Shown: piece by piece, positions 51,130 through 61,600 of the stretch
Numbering within the stretch: the stretch's first letter is position 1
Layout: every line of letters begins with the position of its first letter
From: an uncultured Clostridium sp.
GTDB lineage: Bacteria; Bacillota; Clostridia; TANB77; CAG-508
Length of the DNA stretch: 64,000 nt
Reading direction: 5' to 3'
Assembly: GCA_900553945.1 (NCBI GenBank)
Contig: USFR01000006.1
Location: 52,948-116,947, forward strand
Notes under the pieces: model-generated
Seen by the model: only the letters and a program-made list of their open reading frames with translations
Databases searched by the model: none
What the model was told of the DNA's origin: nothing
Program-made: the position numbers and the translations under genes

Positions 51130-53721
51130 CTATATATTATCCTTCCTTATTGTTTCAATAATATTTTGCTTATTAATTTTCTTCAAAGAAAATCTCATAA
51201 TAACCCAAATTAAAATTGCAACAACAACAATTGAAATACCAATCGCCTTAAATGGTAGTTCGTATGTCATCTCATAGCTAATGCCAAAAGCCTTAAACAA
51301 TAAATATGACAAACCAACTCCAATTGGAATACCAATAACTAAAGCCTTACTACCATATAAAACACTTTCCAATCTAATCATCCTGTTAAACTCTTTTTTC
51401 GTCATACCAATTGATTTCAAATTAGCAAATTCCTTTTGACGTAACTCCATATTAGTTGTAATAGTATTAAATATATTCGTAACACCAATCAAAGAAATAA
51501 CAGCAATAAATCCATACAAGAATATAGAAATAGCTAGCATCATAGCGTTTTGCTCCTTAGCAATAGTCTCAATATTCTCAACATAACTACCTATATTTGA
51601 TTTTCTAACAATTTCTTCTAACTCGTTTGGATTACTAGAATCCATATACAAACTAACACTCATATCTTCCTTGCTTTTGTATTTATCAAAAAACTCATCA
51701 CTAACTATAAACATTCCATTTGAATAGTAAGGTCCCATTGGAACCGAATCAACAATCGCAGCGATTTCTAAATCAGTGCTCTTACCATCTATACTAGCAC
51801 TAATATGATCACCTTTTTTGTAATCATAAATTCTATACATTGAATATGCTTTCTTACTATCTATATACGTTTTAGCAGAATCATTTAAAATAACTTTATC
51901 TTTCACATCATCATATTTCAAACCGTTCTTACTTAAAAATCTCATATATTCATCTTTCCCAACTGCCACTAAATTTGCATAATCCTTTTCATCATTAGAA
52001 TTTATCATACCAAGACTTTCATCAGCATTCTTCTTCTCACTTGTATAATGATTTCTTAATTCTCTTCCAGCAACCTCAGCAACTAAATCCCTATTAATAG
52101 AATACTTTTTAACAGTATCATTTTTCGCAATCTCAAGCAATTGATTAATCTCACTCGTTCTTCCATTTACAATAAGATTATAATCATAATCCTTATAATA
52201 TACAGACGTTGTACCAAATGCATATTCTATAAACGCACTCATTGCAATAAAAATTGACACACTAACAATAATTGAAATAACTGTTGTTCTGTACTTTTTT
52301 CTATTTCTCTTTAAATTCTTATAAGAAATATCTCCACCAACGCCAAATAAACTCTTTATAATCCTTGGCGTTCTCAATTTCTTAGCTTTAATTTTTATAT
52401 CATCAGTATTCCTAATTGCTTCAATTGGTGAAATCTTGCTTGCCTTTTTTGCAGACTTTCTAGCAGATAAATAAATAGTAATACCCGCAAGTAAAATAGA
52501 AATTGCAATTGCCGAAAGATTTGTTGTAAATATAAATTCAAAACCTAAAAAACTTTTTAAAATATGTGAAATAACTTTAAGTAAAACAAAAATTGCAATC
52601 AAGCCACTCAAAATTCCAACAGGAACTCCAATAAGTCCTAGAATTAAACCTTCATACAATACATTCTTTCTAATCTGCTTTGAAGTAGCACCAACAGAAG
52701 CAAGCATACCATACTGTCTCGTTTTTTCAGTGATAGAAATTTCGAAACTATTTCTAATACAAAAAACAGAAGTAACAATAATAATCACTATAACAATCGC
52801 ACTGACAGTATATAAAACATTTCTAGTAGCCTCTTTAAACTCTAAATTCTCCCATCTTATCAAACTATCATTTTCAGAAAATACATACTTAGCATTTCCA
52901 AAAATCTCTGTATCTGACTTACTAATCATTCCATTAGACGAGTCAGAAATACGTTTCAACACTTGTTCATCAATTCCAATAATTTGAGCAGTTGTAGCAA
53001 GATGTTTTTTAACATCTTTATACCTTACATACACATTCAAACTACCCTTAATATCATTCTCATTCAATATAGTAAGAACCGTATAGCCAGGAGCTGTATA
53101 AGGTTCAATATCAAAATTTGGTCTCTCTATTATTCCAACAATCTTGTAATTCTTCTCATTTCTAAGAACAAAACTCTCACTTTTTTCTTCATCTAAAGCC
53201 ATACCTTGATCTAAACTTTCACCATCACTAATTCTTTCACCTAATTTCAAATCAAGCTCATCACCAATTTTATACTCAACACCACCATTAGATTTTATAT
53301 GAGATGAAATCACAACCTCATTATCATTCTCAGGAAGCCTACCTTCTTTTAGTTCAATCCCAAGTTTCTCAATCGAACCCTTTGAATACGCTTTAAGATA
53401 CAAATATGGTTTATCTTCGTTCTTACTACCATCCAATAAACTATAACCTAAATCTTCATTTAAATATACATCCTCAACATTTCTATTATTTTTAATATAC
53501 TTTAAATCATCAACAGGCACATTATAAAATACATAATGATAATCTCCCGAATCTTGCTTTTCATATTCAATAATCGTGCTCCTAAAACTACTAACAAGAG
53601 TTGCAACACCAGTAATTAAAGCAGTAGACAAAATAATACCAATTATAGTAACCAATGTTCTCTTTTTGTTCAACCTCAAATTCTTTAAAGTCAATCTATT
53701 CAACAAATTCATATTACTCAC
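51130..53721 (-). CDS. ABC transporter permease, FtsX-like (BceB/MacB-type, large extracellular domain)
   Basis: 863 aa with two FtsX-type 4-TM bundles separated by a large extracytoplasmic domain. Adjacent to a MacB/BceA-type ATPase. Confidence 0.8.
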   Translation of the reverse strand: MSNMNLLNRLTLKNLRLNKKRTLVTIIGIILSTALITGVATLVSSFRSTIIEYEKQDSGDYHYVFYNVPVDDLKYIKNNRNVEDVYLNEDLGYSLLDGSKNEDKPYLYLKAYSKGSIEKLGIELKEGRLPENDNEVVISSHIKSNGGVEYKIGDELDLKLGERISDGESLDQGMALDEEKSESFVLRNEKNYKIVGIIERPNFDIEPYTAPGYTVLTILNENDIKGSLNVYVRYKDVKKHLATTAQIIGIDEQVLKRISDSSNGMISKSDTEIFGNAKYVFSENDSLIRWENLEFKEATRNVLYTVSAIVIVIIIVTSVFCIRNSFEISITEKTRQYGMLASVGATSKQIRKNVLYEGLILGLIGVPVGILSGLIAIFVLLKVISHILKSFLGFEFIFTTNLSAIAISILLAGITIYLSARKSAKKASKISPIEAIRNTDDIKIKAKKLRTPRIIKSLFGVGGDISYKNLKRNRKKYRTTVISIIVSVSIFIAMSAFIEYAFGTTSVYYKDYDYNLIVNGRTSEINQLLEIAKNDTVKKYSINRDLVAEVAGRELRNHYTSEKKNADESLGMINSNDEKDYANLVAVGKDEYMRFLSKNGLKYDDVKDKVILNDSAKTYIDSKKAYSMYRIYDYKKGDHISASIDGKSTDLEIAAIVDSVPMGPYYSNGMFIVSDEFFDKYKSKEDMSVSLYMDSSNPNELEEIVRKSNIGSYVENIETIAKEQNAMMLAISIFLYGFIAVISLIGVTNIFNTITTNMELRQKEFANLKSIGMTKKEFNRMIRLESVLYGSKALVIGIPIGVGLSYLLFKAFGISYEMTYELPFKAIGISIVVVAILIWVIMRFSLKKINKQNIIETIRKDNI

Positions 53722-54390
53722 CTACCCTTTTACAATTCTGCCATCTTCGATTCTTATAATCCTATCAGCAGTCTTTGCAATCTCTAAATCATGAGTAATC
53801 ATAACAATCGTTTGATTATATTTTTTATTAGACAAACGTAGCAACTCAACAATCTCTTCACTAGCCTTTGAATCAAGATTTCCAGTTGGTTCATCAGCAA
53901 GCACAATACTTGGATTATTTATAAGACTCCTTCCAATTGAAACCCTTTGTTGTTGACCACCAGATAATTGATTAGGCAAATGCTTTCTTCTATTACTCAA
54001 CCCCAAAGTCGCAATCAACTCATTCAACTGTCTTTGATCAGGTTTCTTACCATCCAACTCACAAGGTAAAGTAATATTCTCCTCAACATTCAAAATAGGA
54101 ATCAAATTATAAAACTGATAAATAATCCCAACCTGTCTCCTCCTAAAAATCGCTAAAGCATCATCATTCAAAGAATAAATATCCTTACCCTCAATAAAAA
54201 CTTTACCAGAAGTAGGCCTATCAACACCACCAATCAAATGAAGCAACGTAGACTTTCCACTACCAGAACTACCAACTATTGCAACAAACTCGCCCTTCTC
54301 AATTGAAAAAGAAACATCATCCACCGCAACAACCTGATTATCACCTTTTCCATATCTTTTTGTTAAATTTTCAACTCTTAATATTTCCAT
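53722..54390 (-). CDS. ABC transporter ATP-binding protein (BceA/MacB-type)
   Basis: Walker A GSSGSGKST, signature LSGGQQQR, Walker B VLADEPTGNLD. Start taken at MEILRVENL with an upstream RBS and tataat box; the ORF track call extends to 54447. Confidence 0.85.
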   Translation of the reverse strand: MEILRVENLTKRYGKGDNQVVAVDDVSFSIEKGEFVAIVGSSGSGKSTLLHLIGGVDRPTSGKVFIEGKDIYSLNDDALAIFRRRQVGIIYQFYNLIPILNVEENITLPCELDGKKPDQRQLNELIATLGLSNRRKHLPNQLSGGQQQRVSIGRSLINNPSIVLADEPTGNLDSKASEEIVELLRLSNKKYNQTIVMITHDLEIAKTADRIIRIEDGRIVKG

Positions 54391-54460
54391 AACAAAATCC
54401 TTTCTTAATAAATTTGCTAAACACATTATATAAATCAAAAGTGACAATCAAATGACAGTA

Positions 54461-54545
54461 TCACGGGAACGTTCTTTTTGACACGTACATCCAACCCAGC
54501 AACCAAGCCAAGTTGTCATGGGGACGTCCTTTTTGACACAGATAA
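54461..54545 (-). promoter_or_regulatory. Two 21-bp direct repeats (GGGRACGTYCTTTTTGACAC) upstream of the ABC ATPase promoter; candidate response-regulator binding site
   Basis: Repeat units at 54465-54485 and 54520-54540, 55 bp apart, GC-rich relative to their surroundings. A -10 tataat and RBS follow on the minus strand. Confidence 0.45.
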
Positions 54546-54567
54546 AATTGTAATTATTTTTCAACGC

Positions 54568-55779
54568 TTACTTAAAATATTTAACCGTAAACACAGTACC
54601 CTTTCCAACCTCCGAATCCACACTAACAAACCCATTCTGCTTTTCAACAATCGACTTTGAAAGTGCTAAACCAATACCGAAACTATCCTCAGCTGAATTA
54701 CCTCTCTTATAGAACCTCTCAAAAATATGAGGCAAATCCTTCTCATCAATCCCCTTTCCTTCATCTCTAATTACAATCTTAGTATACAAATCATTCTCCT
54801 CAGCACCAATAAAAATATTCTTTCCATCCGGAGTATATTCAACAGCATTTTTAACAATATTCAAAACCGCTTCTTTATTCCAATTATAATCCCCATCAAA
54901 ACGAACATTCTCTGAAACATCAACATGGACATCAAGATGTTTCAACTCAATAAGCACATCTAAATCAGCTAAAATATCTGCTATAAGCTTATTTACAGAA
55001 ATCTTCTCATTATCGAACTCAACTACACATGCATCCAACTTCGACAACTTAAGCAAAGAAAAAATCAAAAAATTCATTCCCTTAACTTGTCTTAAAATTT
55101 CCAATGTAAATTTTCTTCTCGTATCACTATCCATATTCTCGTTTTCTAAAATATTATCAAGCAAAATCTGAATTGACGTAATCGGTGTTTTCAACTGATG
55201 AGAAATATCAGAAACCAACTCCAAAATTGCCTCATTCTGCTTTCTCTTACTTTCCGAATCTTCTTTCAACATAACCGTAATCTTATACAAAGAATCCTTT
55301 AACCTATTAAGCTCGTCCTCAGATTCCTTATCAATCCCAATCTCATACATCTTATTAGAAACATCTTGAATATATCTATCTAACTCGTCAATCTTCCTCT
55401 TTCTCTTGTTTGTATACACTCCAAACACAATTAATAGTAAAACACCTAATCCAGCTAAAATAGCCAAATTACCAATCACCGTAACTCTTCTAGTATGTTC
55501 CATACTCTTAAAAACATATACATCACCAGAAATTCCATAATCCGCAAGCACATCATCCGAACCCTCAACAGTCTCCGCATTAACAAGTTCAACAATCTCC
55601 TCTTCACTCACCTCAGGATATTTCTCCCTAACCATCTTAACCATAGCACATGCATATTTGTTCAAAGCTTCCCTATACTCAACATCTTGATAAATATTAA
55701 ACCCAATCATACATGCCATACATATTAAAATAACAATTCCAGAAAATATTAAATATCTTCGAGCAACTAAATTTTTCAT
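54568..55779 (-). CDS. Sensor histidine kinase (BceS-like, intramembrane-sensing type)
   Basis: Two N-terminal TM helices with a short loop, H-box ISHQLKTPITSI, HATPase_c motifs (G-box GIGLALSK). Confidence 0.85.
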   Translation of the reverse strand: MKNLVARRYLIFSGIVILICMACMIGFNIYQDVEYREALNKYACAMVKMVREKYPEVSEEEIVELVNAETVEGSDDVLADYGISGDVYVFKSMEHTRRVTVIGNLAILAGLGVLLLIVFGVYTNKRKRKIDELDRYIQDVSNKMYEIGIDKESEDELNRLKDSLYKITVMLKEDSESKRKQNEAILELVSDISHQLKTPITSIQILLDNILENENMDSDTRRKFTLEILRQVKGMNFLIFSLLKLSKLDACVVEFDNEKISVNKLIADILADLDVLIELKHLDVHVDVSENVRFDGDYNWNKEAVLNIVKNAVEYTPDGKNIFIGAEENDLYTKIVIRDEGKGIDEKDLPHIFERFYKRGNSAEDSFGIGLALSKSIVEKQNGFVSVDSEVGKGTVFTVKYFK

Positions 55780-55854
55780 ACCAAAACCTTCTCTTAACTT
55801 TCACTTTTTAAATCACTCAATTTAAAACTTCAAAATATATTCTAAACAGCAAAA

Positions 55855-56526
55855 TCATACATCATTACTAACCCTATATCCAACACCTCTCACAGTCTCA
55901 ATAATCTTGCCATCCTTATCACCAATCTTCTCTCTAATTCTCTTAATATAAACCGTAAGTGTATTATCATTCACAAAATTACCCGCTAAATCCCAAATAT
56001 CATTTAAAATCTCCTCACGCGTAATCAACTTATTAATATTACTAAACAAATTCAAACAAATACTATACTCAAGCTTAGTCAAATCAACCTCAGCTCCATC
56101 TCTAAAAACCTTCCTCTGAACCGTGTCAATCGAAACACCCTTACACGAAATCAAATCAGGCTTACCATTTCTCCTAAGCACATTCTTAATCCTAGAAATC
56201 AACTCCCTATTTCTAAAAGGCTTTGTAATATAATCCTCTGCACCCAAATCTAAACCATATACAACATCCTTCTCCTCGTCATTAGCCGTCAAGAAAATAA
56301 TCGGCAACTGCTTTCTATACTCCTTTATATATTTGCCAACCTCAAATCCATTACCATCAGGCAAACCAATATCAATTAAAACAATATCAAAATTCTCTTT
56401 CTCAATTTTTTCAATTGCATCCTTTTTTAATTTAGCAAAATCGAACTCAAACTTTTCTTCCTTAAATAAATATTCCAAACCTAAAATTATCGAATCATTA
56501 TCCTCAACCAATAAAATCCTACTCAT
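55855..56526 (-). CDS. OmpR-family response regulator
   Basis: Receiver domain LLVEDNDS...D...K plus C-terminal winged-helix (TVYIKRIREKI, GVGYRV). Confidence 0.9.
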   Translation of the reverse strand: MSRILLVEDNDSIILGLEYLFKEEKFEFDFAKLKKDAIEKIEKENFDIVLIDIGLPDGNGFEVGKYIKEYRKQLPIIFLTANDEEKDVVYGLDLGAEDYITKPFRNRELISRIKNVLRRNGKPDLISCKGVSIDTVQRKVFRDGAEVDLTKLEYSICLNLFSNINKLITREEILNDIWDLAGNFVNDNTLTVYIKRIREKIGDKDGKIIETVRGVGYRVSNDV

Positions 56527-56711
56527 AACCCTCTCCTATCATAAAACAATTTTCTCAACGTAAGGTCATACCATTGGAATGTTTTGAAAACACAAACCTC
56601 AATTCCAGTCACAGTCTCAAAGTGCCACAGGAGCACCACTTTTGAGGCATCAAACTTCTCATAAAAATTCTCTTTAATGTAAAAATACCATCAAACGCAC
56701 ATTCAAAAAGC

Positions 56712-56741
56712 AAAAAAGATTTTTGACAAAAAACTATCAAA
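56712..56741 (-). terminator. Terminator hairpin for the 56756-57739 gene
   Basis: Perfect 10-bp IR agatttttga-caaaaaacta-tcaaaaatct followed by a T-run on the minus strand. Confidence 0.55.
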
Positions 56742-56755
56742 AATCTCTTTCGTAA

Positions 56756-57739
56756 TTATTTATTTTTTCTAAATTCTGCAAATGCCTTTTGGTTTTCAGG
56801 CGTATAGCCAATTAATATTTGATCATTTTTCTCATGAATTTTTTCCATTATTTCTTGAAGCATTTTTTCATCTCTTACCGCATATGCAATTTGAACACTT
56901 CTCTTATCCTTCTTAATTGCAATTAAATATCTTCCAGTTGTTATACCTCTGTATTTAGTATTATTAATATATATCCAATACAAATCATCATATTTTATTA
57001 CATCAAGTCCAGATGCAGTAGAAATTAAATATTCATCTGCTAAATATATTTTAGCTTTTTCATAAGCTACACTGTTTTCTAATGCTTTTTCCAATTCATC
57101 TTTATTAAATTCTTTTAAAGTTTTCTTCATTCTTGACTTTTTGATAAAATACGTAATAAGACAAGCAAAAGCAAAAATATCAGCAAATACACCTAAACAA
57201 ACACATAGTGAAACAGTACCATCATTAGGCAATTGAATTTCATCTAAATAATACTTTCCAAAATATTGATCAAAATCTGCATCTGTGAAATCTTCTTCTG
57301 AATATTCTTTTACTCTCTCTATCGCAAGTTTCTTTACTTCATCAGGAATTGCATAAATATATCCTTTTAACTCATAAGAAAAATTTTCACCTTGTTCATC
57401 AATTGCACTCTCAATTTTATTAAAAGTATCAACTGTCAATTTAGCAATATACGCATTATTTTCATCACCAACTATATAATACTTATAATCATTCCCACTA
57501 CCTTCTAATTCAGCAAATTGATCTGGTTCCCATATATCCTTTATTGTAACATATGTCTCTTCTGCATCATTTCCTGAATTTCTTAATGTTCCCCAATCAA
57601 CCGGAGTTACATTGGCATCTTCATCGCTAACGCTTACTGCCATCCAATAAAAGAATATAGATGCAAGAATTAAAATCATTCCAATAATCAAACTTCTTTT
57701 TAAGTTTTTAATAAATCCTTCAATTTTCATTTGTTTCAC
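56756..57739 (-). CDS. Hypothetical two-TM membrane protein upstream of the Bce-like module
   Basis: 327 aa. TM helices near residues 17-35 and 178-198. Acidic extracytoplasmic domain. Confidence 0.5.
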   Translation of the reverse strand: MKQMKIEGFIKNLKRSLIIGMILILASIFFYWMAVSVSDEDANVTPVDWGTLRNSGNDAEETYVTIKDIWEPDQFAELEGSGNDYKYYIVGDENNAYIAKLTVDTFNKIESAIDEQGENFSYELKGYIYAIPDEVKKLAIERVKEYSEEDFTDADFDQYFGKYYLDEIQLPNDGTVSLCVCLGVFADIFAFACLITYFIKKSRMKKTLKEFNKDELEKALENSVAYEKAKIYLADEYLISTASGLDVIKYDDLYWIYINNTKYRGITTGRYLIAIKKDKRSVQIAYAVRDEKMLQEIMEKIHEKNDQILIGYTPENQKAFAEFRKNK

Positions 57740-57925
57740 ACACCTTTATATTAAATTTCTAATCTTCATTTAGATTACATCATTACCATGCAAAAGTCAA
57801 CCTTTCAAAATTCAGTTTTACACTACTAAAATTCAAAACAAATATCATTATAATCAAAATACTAAATCAATTTTTTCTAAATATTTTTAGTATATAAAAT
57901 TTCATTATGCAAATACTAAATTCAG

Positions 57926-58111
57926 GTGGTGATAAAAATGACAAATAAAGAACTTTTATATGTTGAAGATGCATTAGGACATGAACAATTTATGAAATGT
58001 TGTAGTAAAAAAACATCTGCTCAATTGCAAGATGCTACACTTTCACAATATGTTAGTGAATTAGAACAAAAGCATTGCGAATTATTCAACAAATTTTTAA
58101 ATTTATTATAA
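57926..58111 (+). CDS. Small spore-coat-associated protein (Coat F-like, first of a pair)
   Basis: 61 aa. RBS ggtggtg. Paired and overlapping with the downstream Coat F-like ORF. Confidence 0.45.
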   Translation: MVIKMTNKELLYVEDALGHEQFMKCCSKKTSAQLQDATLSQYVSELEQKHCELFNKFLNLL

Positions 58112-58126
58112 GGAGTGTTTCAAAAA

Positions 58127-58377
58127 TGGAAGACAGAGATTTAATGGAAAAAGAATTATTAGTCATAAAAGGAGTATGTGATTTATACCTACACGGCACA
58201 ATCGAATCAACAACTCAAGAAGTACACTGTGCATTTAAAGAAGCATTAAATACTTCTTTAGATATACAAAATAAAATTTACAATTTAATGAAAGAAAAAG
58301 GTTGGTACACAACTCAAGAAGCAGACCAAATGCAACTTGCAAGTGCTAAACAAAAATTTCAAGCTTGCAATCAATAA
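58127..58377 (+). CDS. Spore coat protein F-like domain protein
   Basis: Start MEDRDLMEKEL with RBS aaggagtg. ELLVIKGVCDLYLHGTIESTT...HCAFKEALNTSLDIQNKIYNLMKEKGWY resembles Coat_F. Terminator at 58386-58423. Confidence 0.55.
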
Positions 58378-58454
58378 TTTGGCTCAAAAAACAGGAGAAT
58401 TTTTTATCGAATTCTCCTGTTTTATAATTGTCAAAAAGCACGTCTCATTGACAC

Positions 58455-59750
58455 TCAGATCATATTTTTAATTGTTCTTACAACATCACCATACACATAA
58501 AAGCTTCCAACAACTAAATTAACAGTATTCTCATCAGAACCTTTTGTACTAATTATTGCGTCTTCTAATGTCATTGTACTAATTTTATCTTCATCAACAT
58601 ATTCTTTCATGCATTCATACAATGTATTTCCATCAACATATCTCTCCGCATCATTTCCAGATGTGAAAATAAATTTTCCTTCTTTATCACTTGCAAGGAT
58701 TTTTAACATTTTTCTATAATCCTTACTCTTCAAAATTGACACAATATAAACTCTATCGAAATCAGAATAATACATAGCCACCATACTCTGCAAATTCTCC
58801 ATTGCAGGCGTATTATGAGCTCCGTCATAAACTATAAAAGGTTTAGACAATAATTTCTCCATTCTAGCTTTATGAATAACAGTTTTCAAGCCTTCTCTTA
58901 TGCTTTCATCTGAAACCTCATACCCTTTATCTTTTAATATTTTCATTGCTTCAATACAAATACTTGCATTTCTAATTTGAACCATTCCTTTCAAATTAAC
59001 AGCAATATCTTTCATCTCGCCATAATCAAAATACTGCAAATCACTATCATATCTATAATTAGAAACATTCTTTTCTCTCACAATATGAAGCTGATTTTCC
59101 TTCTTCGAACACTCTTTGGCAAAAACCTCATCCACATCTGGAGTTTGTTCAAAAATAACTGTACTCGAATTAGGCTTAACAATCCCAGCCTTTTGAAAAG
59201 CAATCTTAGGTAAAGTATCTCCTAAAAGATTCATATGATCATGTCCAATCGACGTAATAATAGAAACCAATGGACATGTAATCACATTTGTACAATCATA
59301 CAAACCGCCAAGCCCAGTCTCTAAAACAACAAAATCAACTTTCATTCTATAAAAATATAAAAGTGCCATCATTGTTTCTAACTCAAATAGTGTAATTCTA
59401 GATTTTTCTTTTTCACTATACTCTTCAATCAAAGGTTTTAACTCTTCAATCAATCCCTGCATATCTTCGTCAGAAATGCTTTCTCCATTAATACTAATTC
59501 TTTCATTATATCTAATTAAATGTGGAGATAAAAATTTCCCAACTTTATACCCTTGTATTTTTAATATATTAGATATAATTTCTACACAACTACCTTTTCC
59601 ATTTGTACCAGCAATATGGATAAATTTCATTTCTTTTTCGAAATTATTATACTTATCCATAAAATAATGCATAGCTTTTAATGATGGTTCCTTAGTTCCT
59701 TTATAAAATCCTTTTAAATATTCATTTACATCAATCATTTCTTTCTCCAA
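58455..59750 (-). CDS. folC: Bifunctional folylpolyglutamate synthase/dihydrofolate synthase
   Basis: Mur-ligase-type P-loop HIAGTNGKGS and the FolC domain organisation. Confidence 0.88.
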   Translation of the reverse strand: MEKEMIDVNEYLKGFYKGTKEPSLKAMHYFMDKYNNFEKEMKFIHIAGTNGKGSCVEIISNILKIQGYKVGKFLSPHLIRYNERISINGESISDEDMQGLIEELKPLIEEYSEKEKSRITLFELETMMALLYFYRMKVDFVVLETGLGGLYDCTNVITCPLVSIITSIGHDHMNLLGDTLPKIAFQKAGIVKPNSSTVIFEQTPDVDEVFAKECSKKENQLHIVREKNVSNYRYDSDLQYFDYGEMKDIAVNLKGMVQIRNASICIEAMKILKDKGYEVSDESIREGLKTVIHKARMEKLLSKPFIVYDGAHNTPAMENLQSMVAMYYSDFDRVYIVSILKSKDYRKMLKILASDKEGKFIFTSGNDAERYVDGNTLYECMKEYVDEDKISTMTLEDAIISTKGSDENTVNLVVGSFYVYGDVVRTIKNMI

Positions 59751-59899
59751 AACACATTTTACATAGTTTTATCAGTTTTTATAGAAGAAGTCAAATTACA
59801 CTTCTAATAATTTAAATTTTCCGCTTCGTCTAATTAATACTTTAATATCTATTCCGAATAAAATCAATTTTTTCTATAATTCGTAATAATATTATAACT

Positions 59900-60766
59900 T
59901 TAATTTCTCAAACAACTAACAATATCGGAAATTTTATCCTTAGTCTGCTTATACCCAAACTCATAAAGTTCTTCCTGTCTACCTTTAGCAAGTAATCCAA
60001 CTTTAGGCATATACAATTTTAATAAATAATCCGTGCCGTCCCATTCATAATTCGCAAGCTCTGAACACAATATTGAAAAAGACTTATCTAAAACATCATA
60101 AATATTATCACATCTTTTCTTGTCTTTATCAACAAAAACAATACTCAAAACTTTATCAGCACCAGCTTTTTTCGTTTCTCTCCACGGAAGATTTTCTGCA
60201 ATTCCTCCGTCAACTAGTAAATTATTTTCAAATCTGCAAGGTGAGAAAATGCCTGGATAACTGCAACTAGCTTGAACTGCAGTTCCTACACTAATATCAT
60301 TTATGTATTTTATATCTCTATCTCTATTTTGAATTATATTATTAGAAAATACATACAGCTTCTCTGTACACAAATTAACTGCAGGAATAACAATTGGCAT
60401 TTTAATCTGTTTAATATTGCTTATTCCTTTTTTAAAACAATATCTGTCAACAAGATTTTTTATAATTATTCCACTATTAAACCCATCAATTTTCAATCCC
60501 TTACCCGAAAAAAAATTCTTTGTAATTCTTTTAATATTTTCAAAATCAACATACCTTATTTTTCTAACATTAGCCCTAAAAATATCATGAATCTCATCTG
60601 TCGAATAGCCACAAGCATATAGCATCGCAACAATACTTCCAGAAGACGTACCAGAGATATAATCAAAATGTATTCCAGCTTCCTCTAATGCTTTAATCGC
60701 CCCAATATGAGCAAAACCTTTTATTCCGCCACCAGCTAAAGATAAACCTAATTTCATAAAAATCAC
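59900..60766 (-). CDS. Patatin-like phospholipase
   Basis: Oxyanion GGGIKG, nucleophile elbow GTSSG, catalytic DGG motif. Confidence 0.85.
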   Translation of the reverse strand: MIFMKLGLSLAGGGIKGFAHIGAIKALEEAGIHFDYISGTSSGSIVAMLYACGYSTDEIHDIFRANVRKIRYVDFENIKRITKNFFSGKGLKIDGFNSGIIIKNLVDRYCFKKGISNIKQIKMPIVIPAVNLCTEKLYVFSNNIIQNRDRDIKYINDISVGTAVQASCSYPGIFSPCRFENNLLVDGGIAENLPWRETKKAGADKVLSIVFVDKDKKRCDNIYDVLDKSFSILCSELANYEWDGTDYLLKLYMPKVGLLAKGRQEELYEFGYKQTKDKISDIVSCLRN

Positions 60767-60798
60767 CTGAAATATAATATTCCAGATGATTTAAAATG

Positions 60799-61551
60799 TT
60801 ACTTTTTCAAAATATCCTTAATTACTTCCCCAGCAATAATCATTCCAGCAACACTAGGCACAAATGAAATACTACCAGGCACTTGATTCTTAACCGCACA
60901 TGTTCTTTTAGCACCAGGAGGACAAACGCAATGATTCTTGCAACTATTCTCCGCACTCTCATAAGGCTTAATAGGCTCCTCCTTAGAATAAACAACCTTC
61001 AACTTCTTAATTCCTCTAGCTCTCAATTCTTTTCTCATAACCTTAGCCAAAGGACAAACACTAGTCTTATAAATATCTGTTACTTCAAATCTAGTTGGAT
61101 CTAATTTATTTCCTGTTCCCATTGCAGACATAATTGGAACACCAAGCTTATCAGCCTGCATAACAAGCTCAATCTTAGCCGTAACAGTATCAATAGCATC
61201 AACAATATAATCAATACTATCATCAAGTATTTTCACCTCAGAATCAGGCATAAAAAACTCTTTGAAAACTTCAACCTTCGCATCAGGATTAATCTCCAAA
61301 ATTCTATCCCTCATCAGCTCAGCCTTATACTTTCCGATCGTCTTTCTAGTAGCATGAATCTGTCTATTTAAATTAGTTAAACAAACCTCATCATCATCAA
61401 CCAAAATAAAATTACCAACACCAGCTCTAACAAGTCCCTCAACAACAAACGAACCAACACCGCCAACGCCAAAAACTGCTACTTTTGCATTATGTAATTT
61501 TTCTACGCCATCTTTTCCTATTAATAACTCTGTTCTAGAAAACTGATTCAT
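60799..61551 (-). CDS. tcdA: tRNA threonylcarbamoyladenosine dehydratase (ThiF/MoeB-family E1-like, TcdA/CsdL)
   Basis: Rossmann GVGGVGS and ThiF-family fold, about 250 aa. Confidence 0.75.
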   Translation of the reverse strand: MNQFSRTELLIGKDGVEKLHNAKVAVFGVGGVGSFVVEGLVRAGVGNFILVDDDEVCLTNLNRQIHATRKTIGKYKAELMRDRILEINPDAKVEVFKEFFMPDSEVKILDDSIDYIVDAIDTVTAKIELVMQADKLGVPIMSAMGTGNKLDPTRFEVTDIYKTSVCPLAKVMRKELRARGIKKLKVVYSKEEPIKPYESAENSCKNHCVCPPGAKRTCAVKNQVPGSISFVPSVAGMIIAGEVIKDILKK

Positions 61552-61600
61552 ATATGTACCCCTTTCACATCTCTGCGATTATCACTAATCGCACTCATTT

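Noticed and set aside
56600-56640. GC-rich inverted repeat (ctcaaaagtggtgctcctgtggcactttgag) upstream of the response-regulator gene, considered as a second MITE family
   Set aside because: Single copy with no flanking TIR structure. More simply explained as a regulatory hairpin or attenuator between the upstream gene's terminator and the RR promoter.
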